Source: an uncultured bacterium
GTDB taxonomy: Bacteria; Chloroflexota; UBA5177; JANWHV01
Assembly (NCBI GenBank): GCA_963729625.1
Contig: CAVSOU010000009.1
Coordinates: forward strand, 32,001 to 96,000
Length of the DNA stretch: 64,000 bases
Direction: 5' to 3'
Both the position numbers and the translations under genes were made by a program. How positions within the stretch are numbered: the stretch's first letter is position 1; each line of letters opens with the position of its first letter. Shown here one piece after another: positions 1-9,575 of the stretch. The notes below the pieces were generated by a model. The model searched no databases and had not been told where the DNA came from. It worked only from the letters and a program-made list of their open reading frames with translations.

Positions 1-278
1 TGACGCAGCGCCTGTGCTTCGGCCTCCTCAGGCGTGCCATAGAGCGCGGACCGCGGTTCAAAATCGGCGCCAACGTCGGCGGCCAGGAACCCCGGCGTCA
101 GCGTGGCCACCACGATTGCAATCCCGCCTAGTTCGAGGTCCGGCAGGGACACGGTCGCCTGGCGCGTTGCTCGGCGTTCACACTTTCTGATCGTCGCCGC
201 GCTCAGCGTCAGGTCGCGGCCAAACAGCGTTACATTTTCAGCCAGGTCAAGATGCGAATCGACATTGGGTAGCGTCAT
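1..278 (-). CDS. Membrane dipeptidase (peptidase M19 family), N-terminal part; continues beyond window start
   Basis: Manual translation MTLPNVDSHLDLAENVTLFGRDLT...ATVSLPDLELGGIAIVVATL; the DxHxD metal motif and the SLPDL..GG segment are typical of M19 dipeptidases. Not in the ORF track because it is truncated. Confidence 0.7.
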   Translation of the reverse strand, partial: MTLPNVDSHLDLAENVTLFGRDLTLSAATIRKCERRATRQATVSLPDLELGGIAIVVATLTPGFLAADVGADFEPRSALYGTPEEAEAQALR

Positions 279-304
279 GACGGCGGATCCCTCACTCACC
301 GCTT

Positions 305-1573
305 TCACTGCCCGTGTCGGTATTCCTGGACCGCGTCGAAGAGCGCGAGCAGATTCTCCACAGGGATACCTGCTTGCACATTATGGATCGGATTGAATAC
401 GAAGCCGCCGCCGCGACCAAACACGCGCATGCGGTCACGGACCATGGTCCGAATCTCATCCGGAGTGCCAAAAGGAAGGACCTTCTGCGTGTCGATGCCG
501 CCGCCCCAGAATGTGACGCGGTCGCCATACTTCGACTTCAACGCCGCCGGGTCCATCTCCGCGGCCGAGGTTTGTACCGGGTTGAAGATATCGAAACCTG
601 CTTCGACCATGTCATCCATAAGGCGCCAGATCGAGCCGCAGCTGTGGACGAAGGTCTTCCACCGCGTATTGGCGTGGATCCAGTCGTTCACACGGCGTTG
701 AAACGGCATGAATAGCGTACGATACAGCTTCGGCGAGATGAATGGGCCGTTCTGCGCCCCGAAATCGGTGCCACTTACGACGGCTACCGTCACCCGGTCT
801 CCCACCACACCGTGAATGCGTTCCAGGTTGCGGAGGGCGATCTCGCACTGCCGCTCGAACAGTTCGAAGACGTAGGCACGGCGCGAGCTAAGGCTCACGT
901 ACCACTCCTCAATGCTGCGTATACCTTTCGGGTGCCTCAGATTCAGGCCAGGGATATGTGCGATATTCCCGAAGCTCGTACCCCCGAAACTGCTGATGAC
1001 AGCACGTCCGCCCGCCGCCAACTCCTTCACCTGGCAGTCCAGGAAGGCCAGGGTCTCGTCCGAGACAGGGCCGTATCCCTCCAGGTTGTCTTCTACCCTG
1101 AGGTTGTCGTCATCAATGGGTTCTTGGCGCTCGATTGCGTCGAAATAGTAGCCGCTGCGAGGCATGCGGGCACAGGCCGGCGCAGACTTGTCGCTCAGCG
1201 GGTACATCAAGATATCGCCATTAGGCTGCGGTTCAGTGTTGAACCCCCCAGGCACGAGCACTGGCGTGCCGGAAAACGTAGTCCACGGCTTCCAGCTATC
1301 GTTCCGGAAGCCGAAGCGAGTCGTCGGCATACTCAGGCTGACAACATCGATGCCGAGCGCATCTTGCAAATCCGTGCCGACCTCGCCGAGGAGCATGTAA
1401 GGCTCGACCACCTTGACCGGCGTGCCCGGTGGATCCAGATGTAGCGCCTGCCGCAACAGGTAGAGCGAATCGACGTGTACCCCGGTCGACGTGCTGCCAC
1501 CAAGATCCAGGGGTACCCAGTCGGGCTCGTGGTGCTGCAATGCAAGCTCCACGCGTTCTCGAGACGTCAGCAC
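305..1573 (-). CDS. Uroporphyrinogen decarboxylase (URO-D)/MtaA-CmuA methyltransferase family protein
   Basis: TSRERV..AL.H.EPD start, DFGAQNGPFISP, HSCG, NPVQTSA, FWGGGIDTQ, HNVQ motifs; GTG start at 1573 after GAAGGGA. Confidence 0.85.
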   Translation of the reverse strand: MLTSRERVELALQHHEPDWVPLDLGGSTSTGVHVDSLYLLRQALHLDPPGTPVKVVEPYMLLGEVGTDLQDALGIDVVSLSMPTTRFGFRNDSWKPWTTFSGTPVLVPGGFNTEPQPNGDILMYPLSDKSAPACARMPRSGYYFDAIERQEPIDDDNLRVEDNLEGYGPVSDETLAFLDCQVKELAAGGRAVISSFGGTSFGNIAHIPGLNLRHPKGIRSIEEWYVSLSSRRAYVFELFERQCEIALRNLERIHGVVGDRVTVAVVSGTDFGAQNGPFISPKLYRTLFMPFQRRVNDWIHANTRWKTFVHSCGSIWRLMDDMVEAGFDIFNPVQTSAAEMDPAALKSKYGDRVTFWGGGIDTQKVLPFGTPDEIRTMVRDRMRVFGRGGGFVFNPIHNVQAGIPVENLLALFDAVQEYRHGQ

Positions 1574-1747
1574 GGCTGTACTTCCCTTCGACTCGACTGT
1601 GCAACATCGGTCAGGACTCCGCAGATCGGTTCTTCGCGCCAACTTGCCAATGCCGCCGCATGATTCGTGTCCTTCGACGGCAAATCCGGCCTGATAAATC
1701 CGGAGTTCTCTTTTCCTTACGCTCTGTCAGCTGTCGCGCGACCAGCG

Positions 1748-3298
1748 TCAGACTGCCGCACCTGCATCCAGCGTACTCAAGTCGGCATAGACTCCTGCCG
1801 CATCCAATGCGCTGTAGATTGAGTTGAACACGCGGTACAGGCGATCATACAGGTCGCGGTGCCGCGGCTCCGGCGCAATAATGCTCTGCACCTGCGCGAG
1901 CGCCAGCGCCTGCGAGAAGTCTTTCCAGAGGCCGATACCGACTCCGCCCACTACTGCCGCGCCCATAGAAGTGCCTTCCTCCAACATCGCCAGGCGGTGT
2001 AGCGGCACGCCCAGGATGTCGGCCAACACCTGACACCACACCAGACTGCGGGCTCCTCCGCCCATGATCCGCAGCTCGCTGATAGCAGTTCCCTGTGCAA
2101 CAAGGGCCTCAAGGATCACACGCAGATTGAACGCAACGCCTTCCAGCACCGCGCGCAGCAGGTCATCGCGCCGGTGTCGCATGGTGAGGCCTACAAAGGC
2201 GGCGCGCGCCTGGGGATTCCAGCGCGGGCTGCGCTCGCCAAGCAAGTAGGGCAGGAACACGACGCCTCGTGCACCCGGAGGAGAGTGTTGTATCGCCTCG
2301 TTCATGAGGTCATATGGTGATCGGCCGTCAGCCGTCGCCGCTGCCACAAGGTCGCGCGCGAGCTCGCCGCGAGCCCATTGGTAGGAGGTTCCGGCGGCCT
2401 GCATGGTGCCAGCCGGGACGAACAGGTCGGGAATGACGTGCGCCCAGGTGACCGTGCGCATGCTGCGGTCCAGGATCGGCTCCGCTGTAGCGAGCTGGAT
2501 CCAGGAGGACGACCCGATATAGCAATACGCTGCACCCGGGTAGACTACGCCCGCGCCTATTGCCGCGCACGATCCGTCGCCGCCGCCGATCACGACCGGT
2601 GTACCAGGGCGCAACCCGATCTGGCCCGCGGCATCCCGTTGAATCTCGCCCACAACCGTGGTGGATGGATAGATAATGGGAAGCTTTTCCGGCGCCACGC
2701 CGAATGCTCCTACCATCTCGTCGGACCAGACGCCACGCCGGATGTCATAGAGATTCGTGCCTGAAGCATCCGAGGGGTCAGTGGCAAACACACCCGTGAG
2801 CCGGGCAACCATAGCGTCTTTCGCCTGGAGATACCAGGCAGTCTGTGCGGCCGTGTCAGGGTCGCTTTCTTGCAACCAGCTCATTTTCGCCGCCGAATAG
2901 GACGGGCTGAGACGATGACCGGTAACTTCATAGACGTGCCGGGGATCGGTACGCTGCGCGACGCGGTCAACGACCGAGGTGGCTCGCTGGTCGGCCCAGA
3001 TGAGGGCACGTCTTGCCGGCCGGGCCTTCCGGTCAACTGCGACGAGCCCCTGCATTTGTCCACTGAACACCACGCAGGCGATCTCCTTCGACGTGGCTGT
3101 CGTTTGTTCCAGTATCTGACCTGTCGAGCGGCAGAGAGCATTCCACCAATCGTTGGGATCTTGCTCTGCCCATCCGTGCTGCGGGTAGGTCGTGTCATAC
3201 GCGACGAAAGCGCTGCCGTGCATAGCGCCGAACTCGTCGAACAACGTCGCCTTGTCTCCGGTGGTGCCCAAATCATGCGCCAGTATGTAGCTGCTCAT
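1748..3298 (-). CDS. xylB: FGGY-family carbohydrate kinase (xylulokinase-like)
   Basis: HDLGTTGDK, SGQMQG, GGGD, FLPYLLGERSP, RAVLEGVAF, GGGARS motifs; ATG at 3298 after GGAGG. Confidence 0.85.
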   Translation of the reverse strand: MSSYILAHDLGTTGDKATLFDEFGAMHGSAFVAYDTTYPQHGWAEQDPNDWWNALCRSTGQILEQTTATSKEIACVVFSGQMQGLVAVDRKARPARRALIWADQRATSVVDRVAQRTDPRHVYEVTGHRLSPSYSAAKMSWLQESDPDTAAQTAWYLQAKDAMVARLTGVFATDPSDASGTNLYDIRRGVWSDEMVGAFGVAPEKLPIIYPSTTVVGEIQRDAAGQIGLRPGTPVVIGGGDGSCAAIGAGVVYPGAAYCYIGSSSWIQLATAEPILDRSMRTVTWAHVIPDLFVPAGTMQAAGTSYQWARGELARDLVAAATADGRSPYDLMNEAIQHSPPGARGVVFLPYLLGERSPRWNPQARAAFVGLTMRHRRDDLLRAVLEGVAFNLRVILEALVAQGTAISELRIMGGGARSLVWCQVLADILGVPLHRLAMLEEGTSMGAAVVGGVGIGLWKDFSQALALAQVQSIIAPEPRHRDLYDRLYRVFNSIYSALDAAGVYADLSTLDAGAAV

Positions 3299-3636
3299 CG
3301 TACCTCCGGCGTCACTCGTACCCGCTGGCGGGCCCGGCATGCCTGCGGGCCACTTGGCTGGGCCATTCCGGCCTGCTAGAACCTGCTGCGGCGCCTTGAC
3401 GTCCAAACGGAACGCGTCGCGCGTGGCGTCGCACCACGCCACCCCGTGTAACCGCATGCGGGATCGCCTACTCGATCTCTCCCCGCCCGATACTATGCCT
3501 CCGATCGGATCGCCGTCAAGGCACTGCTCGACTTCCTGTCAGTGCCCACACGTAGCGCCGCTATTGCGGTAGGGTTCGTGGCCAGCTCGCCATGCATGGG
3601 AGGACGGCACTCACCGCCTCCGGTTGCACCAGATCG

Positions 3637-4230
3637 CTACGTGTCATCCACGCCGTATAATCGTGCTTCCAGCGCCCGACGCACATCCGGCCATTCGTCG
3701 TCGATGACGCTGTAGATCACGGTGTCTCGTGTGCGTCCATCGGGCATGATCATGTGCTTACGCAGGACACCCTCTCGCACAGCACCCAGCGCCTCGATCG
3801 CGCGTTGCGACCGCGTGTTGAGGCTGTCGGTCTTGAACCACACGCGCTGGCAGCCCACGACCTGGAAGAGATGGCGTAGCATGAGGTACTTTGCCTCGCG
3901 ATTCAGCCCCTTTCCCAGCCAGGGGCGGCCGAGCCAGCTGCCGCCTATCTCGACGCTTCGGTGGACCAGCTGGATGTCCATAAAGCGGGTGCAGCCAATT
4001 ACCCTGTTAGTCGAGCGTTCCACAATCGCGAACGGCAACTGTTCGCCGCGTGCCGCGCGCTCGTGCTCTTGCGCGAGCCAGCTCACGATATTCCCTCGCC
4101 ACGATGCCATGTACTGCAAATCCTCCCCGTCTCCCGCGAGAACGGCGAGGTCCGATTCGTGGCTTGCCGCCAGCGGTTCCAGGCGCACCAGGCGCCCAAC
4201 CAATACGGTGGGCTCGATCATGGCTGCCAT
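3637..4230 (-). CDS. GNAT acetyltransferase, RimJ/RimL family
   Basis: VRLEPL, EIGGSWL...GKGLN.EAK, N.RSQRAIE.LGA..EG.LR.H, RDTVIYS motifs. Confidence 0.9.
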   Translation of the reverse strand: MAAMIEPTVLVGRLVRLEPLAASHESDLAVLAGDGEDLQYMASWRGNIVSWLAQEHERAARGEQLPFAIVERSTNRVIGCTRFMDIQLVHRSVEIGGSWLGRPWLGKGLNREAKYLMLRHLFQVVGCQRVWFKTDSLNTRSQRAIEALGAVREGVLRKHMIMPDGRTRDTVIYSVIDDEWPDVRRALEARLYGVDDT

Positions 4231-4319
4231 CGACGGCCTCCCATCGATCCGGGTCGGTCCACAATCTCTATCTCGAGAGCATACTCACACGGCTGGAGCG
4301 ATGCGGGCACCGCCGATGC

Positions 4320-5189
4320 CTACGCTTGCCATCCGGCCTTCCAGCTTGCCTGCAACGTCCTGTAATCAAGCAGGATGATACCTTCCTGCCGCACGATGTC
4401 TCGCGCCTCCTGCGACGTGACAAACTCGAAATCGGTCTGCCGCACGCGCCAACTGGGCATCAGCGCTTGCAGCTCGGCGTTCCCGATTCCAGGATGGACC
4501 GCCCATTCACTGAGGCCGGACGGCAATGCCCGCAACATCCCTGCGTAGCGGGTGGATTTGTCGGTCGTCTCCAGATCGTAGCTGTCGAGCAAGTCGTGAT
4601 CGTTTGTCGGACATCCGCACCGCCGCATCCTCTTGATGAACGGGGCGGAAGTAACCCGCAGCGCCAGGTCGTACTCACGCGCAAGCGCGACCGTCATTTC
4701 AAAGATGTCTTCACGGCGGGAATGGATGCCGCAATGGCTATCGATATGGGTTGGTATCAGACCCACGGTCACGGCGCGTTCGATTTGGGCGCGATATTCC
4801 ATTTCCAATTCGGCCAGCCTGACCTGACTGAGAAACTCGTCAATCCGCGTGTTCGTGTAGAAGTAACCGGCTTCATCAACCAAGGATGGCACGTCCTCGC
4901 GGCAGGTCAGAGGTCCCCAGCGATACAGCGGTTGCTCGCTGACCGCTGTCAGATGGACGCCACAGGAAACAGCAGGCCGGTCCCGCAGCGCCGCAAGAGC
5001 ATGCAGCGCCCACGGGCACGGCACCATGACGCTGCACGACCGGACGATACCGTTCTGCAGCGATCGCAGTATGGCATCGTTGACGGCATGACACATACCA
5101 AAGTCGTCGGCGTTGACAAGCAATAGGCGAGCATCAGGGGGATACCCCAAGAGGCTGTTTGTGCGGCTCATGGGATCCGAAGCCATCAC
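4320..5189 (-). CDS. YdjC/ChbG family carbohydrate deacetylase
   Basis: NADDFGM, GVHLT, PTHIDSH, HPG motifs. Confidence 0.9.
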   Translation of the reverse strand: MMASDPMSRTNSLLGYPPDARLLLVNADDFGMCHAVNDAILRSLQNGIVRSCSVMVPCPWALHALAALRDRPAVSCGVHLTAVSEQPLYRWGPLTCREDVPSLVDEAGYFYTNTRIDEFLSQVRLAELEMEYRAQIERAVTVGLIPTHIDSHCGIHSRREDIFEMTVALAREYDLALRVTSAPFIKRMRRCGCPTNDHDLLDSYDLETTDKSTRYAGMLRALPSGLSEWAVHPGIGNAELQALMPSWRVRQTDFEFVTSQEARDIVRQEGIILLDYRTLQASWKAGWQA

Positions 5190-5736
5190 GCGACTCCCTC
5201 AATTCGACCACAGCCATTGTGCTGGCTCAAAGCCGCGGCACGCGGCATGGAGCAGCTTGAGCCCATGATACCGTTCAGGGCCAGCCAGCCACGCAAGGCC
5301 ATTCGAACGCCCGATAGCTGCCGGGTGACGGACCAGCATGGGGCAATCCTCCGGACGGCTTGGTGCCCGGCCTCTCGTCGTCTGCTGGCCTACGCATCTG
5401 TGCCTTATGGGCGTGGACATACTGCCGCACGTGTGCGGTACGACGCGAACGGGTTGTCGCGGCTTGATACGGCGGCCACAAGCAACATGTGCGCAGCCCA
5501 TTTCACGTCGGTGCGCGAAGCCTGGCGAGAGGTCGAACTGGAAACTACTCGCCTCGACACGCTGAGATTGTCGAGACTACTTCCTGTCCTGCTGCCTCGT
5601 GCCGAAACTCTGCAAAAGGTGCCGGCAGATACGTGCCATGCCACCTCTAGCACCTTCGCCAGATCCCAGAAGCGCGACTCGCACAGCAAAGCACGGACCC
5701 TGCGACTACAGCGCGTTCAGGTATCGCTCCCGCAGC

Positions 5737-5772
5737 GGCAGCTAGCGTCGCTGTGAGGCTCCGCTAGCTGCC
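5737..5772. terminator. Hairpin downstream of the cold-shock gene, probable terminator
   Basis: 11-bp inverted repeat GGCAGCTAGCG / CGCTAGCTGCC about 20 nt past the stop codon. Confidence 0.5.
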
Positions 5773-5794
5773 CCGTTACTACCCGCCGGTGCTA

Positions 5795-6013
5795 CTAGCC
5801 TTGTGGCGACTCGATTCGCCGGACATTCACTGCGCGGTCGCCGCGTCCTCGCGGATCCCGCTCGCGATCAAACTCGACATGATCGCCTCTGTGCAGGCTT
5901 TCGTAGCCGACACCCACCAGAGCAGTGCTGTGAAAGAACAGGTCCTGTCCGGTGCCTTGGTCGATAAATCCAAACCCGCGATCGGTGAGCCGAGCGATCG
6001 TTCCCTGCGCCAT
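5795..6013 (-). CDS. Cold-shock domain protein
   Basis: MAQGTIARLTDRGFGFI...DLFFHST...VEF with RNP1/RNP2 motifs; extended -10 TGGTATGCT on the minus strand at 6078-6086. Confidence 0.9.
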   Translation of the reverse strand: MAQGTIARLTDRGFGFIDQGTGQDLFFHSTALVGVGYESLHRGDHVEFDRERDPRGRGDRAVNVRRIESPQG

Positions 6014-6115
6014 CGTATCTGCTGCTTTCCTGCACCTGGTCACACCAGCACGGTGCCGGTATTTTCCAGTGTCTTGGAGCATACCACGTTGGCACGTAAT
6101 TTGGCAGACCTGGTC

Positions 6116-6151
6116 TCAGCGGCTCAGCGGTCAGCGGCTCAGCGGTCAGCG
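6116..6151. repeat. Short tandem repeat TCAGCGG(C) x5
   Basis: TCAGCGGC-TCAGCGG-TCAGCGGC-TCAGCGG-TCAGCG read directly; overlaps the permease stop codon. Confidence 0.85.
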
Positions 6152-6970
6152 CGCCAGCCGTGGCAGCAGCGACGACGCCGTTACCACGCCGATCAACAGC
6201 GCCATGAGGAGCACGCAAAAGTCCAAGGCGACATTGCTGGGGGTGCCCAGTAGTACGCCTCGAAGTCCATCCACTTCGTAGCTGAGAGGATTGATCTTGC
6301 TTATCACCTGAAGCCAGTCGGGCATGAGGTGAGATGGATAGAGCGCGTTCGACGCGAAGAACAGCGGCATGGTGATGGCCTGGCCAATTCCCATGAGCCG
6401 ATCCCGCTTGAGCACCAACCCGGCCAATGTCACGGAGAGCATCGTGAAGAACGCGGAGCCGATCACCACGAGGAGGAATGCCGCGGCCAGGCGAAGCGGG
6501 TTCCAGTCAAGCCCAATGCCCATGATGGCGCTCACAACCAGAACGATGAGCACCTGGCTCATGGCCCGCACGCCCGAAGCAAAGGCCTTGCCGGCGACGA
6601 GGGCGGAGCGCGGCGTCGGCGTGGCCATGAGCTTGGTCAGCACCCCGGCATCACGTTCCCAAATGATTTGAATCCCGTAGAATATGGCAATGAAGAGAGC
6701 TGACTGAGCCATGATCCCCGGAGCCAAATATGCCAGATACGGGATGTTGCCGGTAGGAATGGCGCGCAGGCGGTTGAAGGTCTCACCGTAGATCAACAAC
6801 CAGAGCATTGGCTGGATGGCCCGCATGTAGATCTCGGTGCGATCATGGCGGATCTTCCGCAGCTCTACCAGGCAAAGGGTGATGATCCGGCTGATAAGAA
6901 TTCGCCAGGACTGCATTGCCGGCGTGGTGTCAACCAAGCCGGCGGGCGGTGCGGCGGGTGCTGCGAACAT
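6146..6970 (-). CDS. ABC-2 type permease (DrrB-like exporter); start uncertain
   Basis: About 6 TM segments; YLAPGI, ERDAGVLTKL..TP and INPLSYEVDGLR motifs. Confidence 0.9.
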   Translation of the reverse strand: MFAAPAAPPAGLVDTTPAMQSWRILISRIITLCLVELRKIRHDRTEIYMRAIQPMLWLLIYGETFNRLRAIPTGNIPYLAYLAPGIMAQSALFIAIFYGIQIIWERDAGVLTKLMATPTPRSALVAGKAFASGVRAMSQVLIVLVVSAIMGIGLDWNPLRLAAAFLLVVIGSAFFTMLSVTLAGLVLKRDRLMGIGQAITMPLFFASNALYPSHLMPDWLQVISKINPLSYEVDGLRGVLLGTPSNVALDFCVLLMALLIGVVTASSLLPRLAR

Positions 6971-7736
6971 CGCTGAAACTCCCTTGATCGACTAGGTCAT
7001 CGCCCGTGTAATGCCTGAACACATCGTCGAGGCTGGCGCCGGGATGCAACGAGGACTTCAGTGCGGACGGTGTGCCGATCGCGCGTACCGTACCGCGATG
7101 CATCATCGCCACGCGATCGCAGAGTGCGTCCGCTTCCTCCATATAGTGGGTGGTCAGCAGCACCGTGGTGCCGTCTTGCGTGCCCAAAGCTTGCACCCGT
7201 TCCCACACGCCCGACCTTGCGATCGGATCGAGGCCAACCGTGGGTTCGTCGAGAATGAGCACGCGAGGACGGTTGACCAGCGCTTGGGCGAGCTCGAGCC
7301 GGCGAATCATGCCGCCTGAGTATGTCGAGACCAGACGGTCCGCGGCGTCTTCCAGCCCCATAGCCTCCATCACCTCCGCTATGCGTTGCTTTCTCTCGCG
7401 TCGCGGCACATCGTACAGCCTGGCGAACAGCCAGACGTTCTCGTAGCCGGTCAACGCCGCATCGGCAGACAGCTGTTGCGGCACGTAACCGAGAAGTCTA
7501 CGAACAGCCATGGCGTCATGTTGAACGTCGCGGCCCATCACCAGTGCGTGTCCACGCTCGGGCGGCAAGAGCGTTGCAAGTATGCGGATGGTCGTCGTCT
7601 TGCCGGCGCCATTGGGGCCAAGCAGCCCGAACACCTCGCCCGACGATACGTCGAAGCTGGCTCCGTTCAGCGCGTGGGTGGCGCCAAAAGTCATCTCAAG
7701 GTCCACGCATTCGATCGCAGGGGTTTCAGGGTTCAT
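6930..7736 (-). CDS. ABC transporter ATP-binding protein (DrrA-like)
   Basis: Walker A GPNGAGKT, signature YSGGM, Walker B LILDEPT. Confidence 0.95.
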   Translation of the reverse strand: MNPETPAIECVDLEMTFGATHALNGASFDVSSGEVFGLLGPNGAGKTTTIRILATLLPPERGHALVMGRDVQHDAMAVRRLLGYVPQQLSADAALTGYENVWLFARLYDVPRRERKQRIAEVMEAMGLEDAADRLVSTYSGGMIRRLELAQALVNRPRVLILDEPTVGLDPIARSGVWERVQALGTQDGTTVLLTTHYMEEADALCDRVAMMHRGTVRAIGTPSALKSSLHPGASLDDVFRHYTGDDLVDQGSFSDVRSTRRTARRLG

Positions 7737-8208
7737 CAGTCATACCCTCGAGCGAGCAGGCCAGGCGCTCGAGCACCGGAAGGCACGCAACAATGTGCTC
7801 GCGCTCGGCTGTTTCCAGTGAGTCGAGGGCTGTGGCCAGTACCGATGAGCGCATGTCGCTCCATGAGTTCATGCGTGCCACGGCCGCCGCGGTAAGCGTG
7901 ATGCGGGCCGAGCGGCGATCTCGGCTGTCGACAGCGCGCTCGACATAGCCTCTACGAGCGAGCTGATGCAGGAGCGTGCTCACCGTGTTCGATGCGAGTC
8001 CTAGAGACACTGCGACCTCGCGCGCCCGCAATCCCGGCTCACGAAGGAGCAGGCGAAGTATTTCGACTTGTGCTTGCGGCAGCGCCGGTCCTGTCAGAGC
8101 CTCGCGTACGCGCCTGCGCAGTGCGCGGTGCAGCCGGCTGAGCACCAGCGCAAGTTCCGGCCCGCCTCCACTGCCGGCGTCTACAGGTTGTTCGGATGAG
8201 GAAGACAT
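7726..8208 (-). CDS. MarR family transcriptional regulator
   Basis: wHTH with SNTVS..L..L...G.V.R..D..DRR. Confidence 0.9.
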   Translation of the reverse strand: MSSSSEQPVDAGSGGGPELALVLSRLHRALRRRVREALTGPALPQAQVEILRLLLREPGLRAREVAVSLGLASNTVSTLLHQLARRGYVERAVDSRDRRSARITLTAAAVARMNSWSDMRSSVLATALDSLETAEREHIVACLPVLERLACSLEGMTDEP

Positions 8209-8230
8209 ACACCCTCACTGATTACATCTG

Positions 8231-8265
8231 TCTGTTACAGAACTATCTTCAAGTCCAGTATAGCA
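8231..8265 (-). promoter_or_regulatory. Extended -10 (TGCTATACT) and palindromic candidate MarR operator
   Basis: Palindrome TCTGT-T-ACAGA (8231-8241) lies between the -10 box (8257-8265) and the marR start. Confidence 0.5.
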
Positions 8266-8470
8266 TGTGACGCAGTGGTTTTGGCGCGATGCGGGGCGGC
8301 CTCGGCAAGCCAGGACCCCGATCCGTCGACGGTTTCACAGATCGGGGTCCTGGCTTCACTCACGTGGGTTAACGAGGCGCGTGCGCCTGCTGTGGCAATG
8401 AGTTCAGCTGCAGTGTGCCGTGCGGAATCCAAGAAGCCGCGACGAGCCAACAGGAAAACGCGGTCCGATG

Positions 8471-9335
8471 CTACTGCTGGTTGCCCTGGCTATCGTCCGG
8501 GAATGCCGCGACCTGAGCGGCGGGCATGCCGACGAGGATCCGCAGCGCGGTGATCGACGTGTTATCGGCACCGGCAGTGCCTTCGACCAGCACTCGATCG
8601 CCGACCTCGGCTCCGGGGGCGGTGACGCCCGGCACGGGCGAGGGCGAACCGCTCACAGAGGGCGTAGCGCTCAGCACTGGCGTGACACTTAGCACCGGCG
8701 AAGCGCTGGGCACGAGGGTGGCGCTCAACGCGGGGGTGGCGCTCGGCGCGGGCGTGCCATCTTGCGGACCGGTTCCAGTCCGACCCCCCGGACCGCGAAG
8801 CCACTGGCGCAGCGCCCGTGTTTGCAGCCATTTGGTGCTCTGCGTAGTGGCTACTGTAACGGTGTCGCCGCGATTCGAGAGTACCGTTAGCCCCGTGCCG
8901 CTCACAGTCTGCACTATGCCCTCAACTCGTGGCAGCAAGATCGTTACGCGCGTCGCGGCAAACGCGTGCGCGGTACGGTCGAACGACCCTGCGACCCGGA
9001 CCCACATACCTTGCTGAACTGCGGCGCCAGTCACCTGCGCACCAGCCTCCAAGAACGTGGTCGAGGGCACGACGGTAACAGCCAGCGGCAGAGTCTCTGG
9101 GAGGCTCAGAACCCATCCACCTTGAGAAGTAGTGGTCACAACTCCGGTCTCCATAGAGGCACGGAATGGGGCAATGCTGACCGTGGGACCAAACTTCTGC
9201 GGCATGGTAATACGACTTGCTGGTTGACCGTTCTTGAACCCTTTGCCTCCGCCCTTGGCGGCGTAAACACCGCTTGCGGACATGATAATACTCGCGATCA
9301 ACGCAGTCGCAACGAACAATTCGCCCCGTTCTCAT
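8471..9335 (-). CDS. Secreted DUF5666-like protein with Pro/Ser/Thr hexapeptide repeats; apparent +1 frameshift near the start
   Basis: Two short modules ending in V.V.G....A.RV/I; the ATG at 9335 has a strong RBS and gives MRTGR+LFVATALIASIIMSASGVYA (signal peptide) if one base near 9320 is removed. Confidence 0.6.
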
Positions 9336-9575
9336 CGGTAGTATTCCCTCTTCCTCATCGCGCGTGCAGGCAATCTGACAGCCGTCACCAAAGTTCCCGC
9401 GTGAGGGTGCGGGCACGAGCGGAATTGGCATTCCGCTGCTTGAGGCCGGTCCTGGCATGTGACCACTATAGGCGATTTCCTGTAGGCACACCATCACCAG
9501 CACGGGGGGAACCATCTGGCGCGACGCGCGCACGCTGGGCGCGCACGTGAGGCCGAGACGTCAAATACTCCGTGC

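Noticed and set aside
5217-5756. 179-aa ORF in the YdjC to cold-shock interval
   Set aside because: No motif, no clear RBS, and it runs into a terminator-like hairpin; cannot be supported.
8640-8760. 18-nt periodic repeat
   Set aside because: Explained by a coding S(A/V)(T/S)P(A/V)L linker in the DUF5666-like protein.
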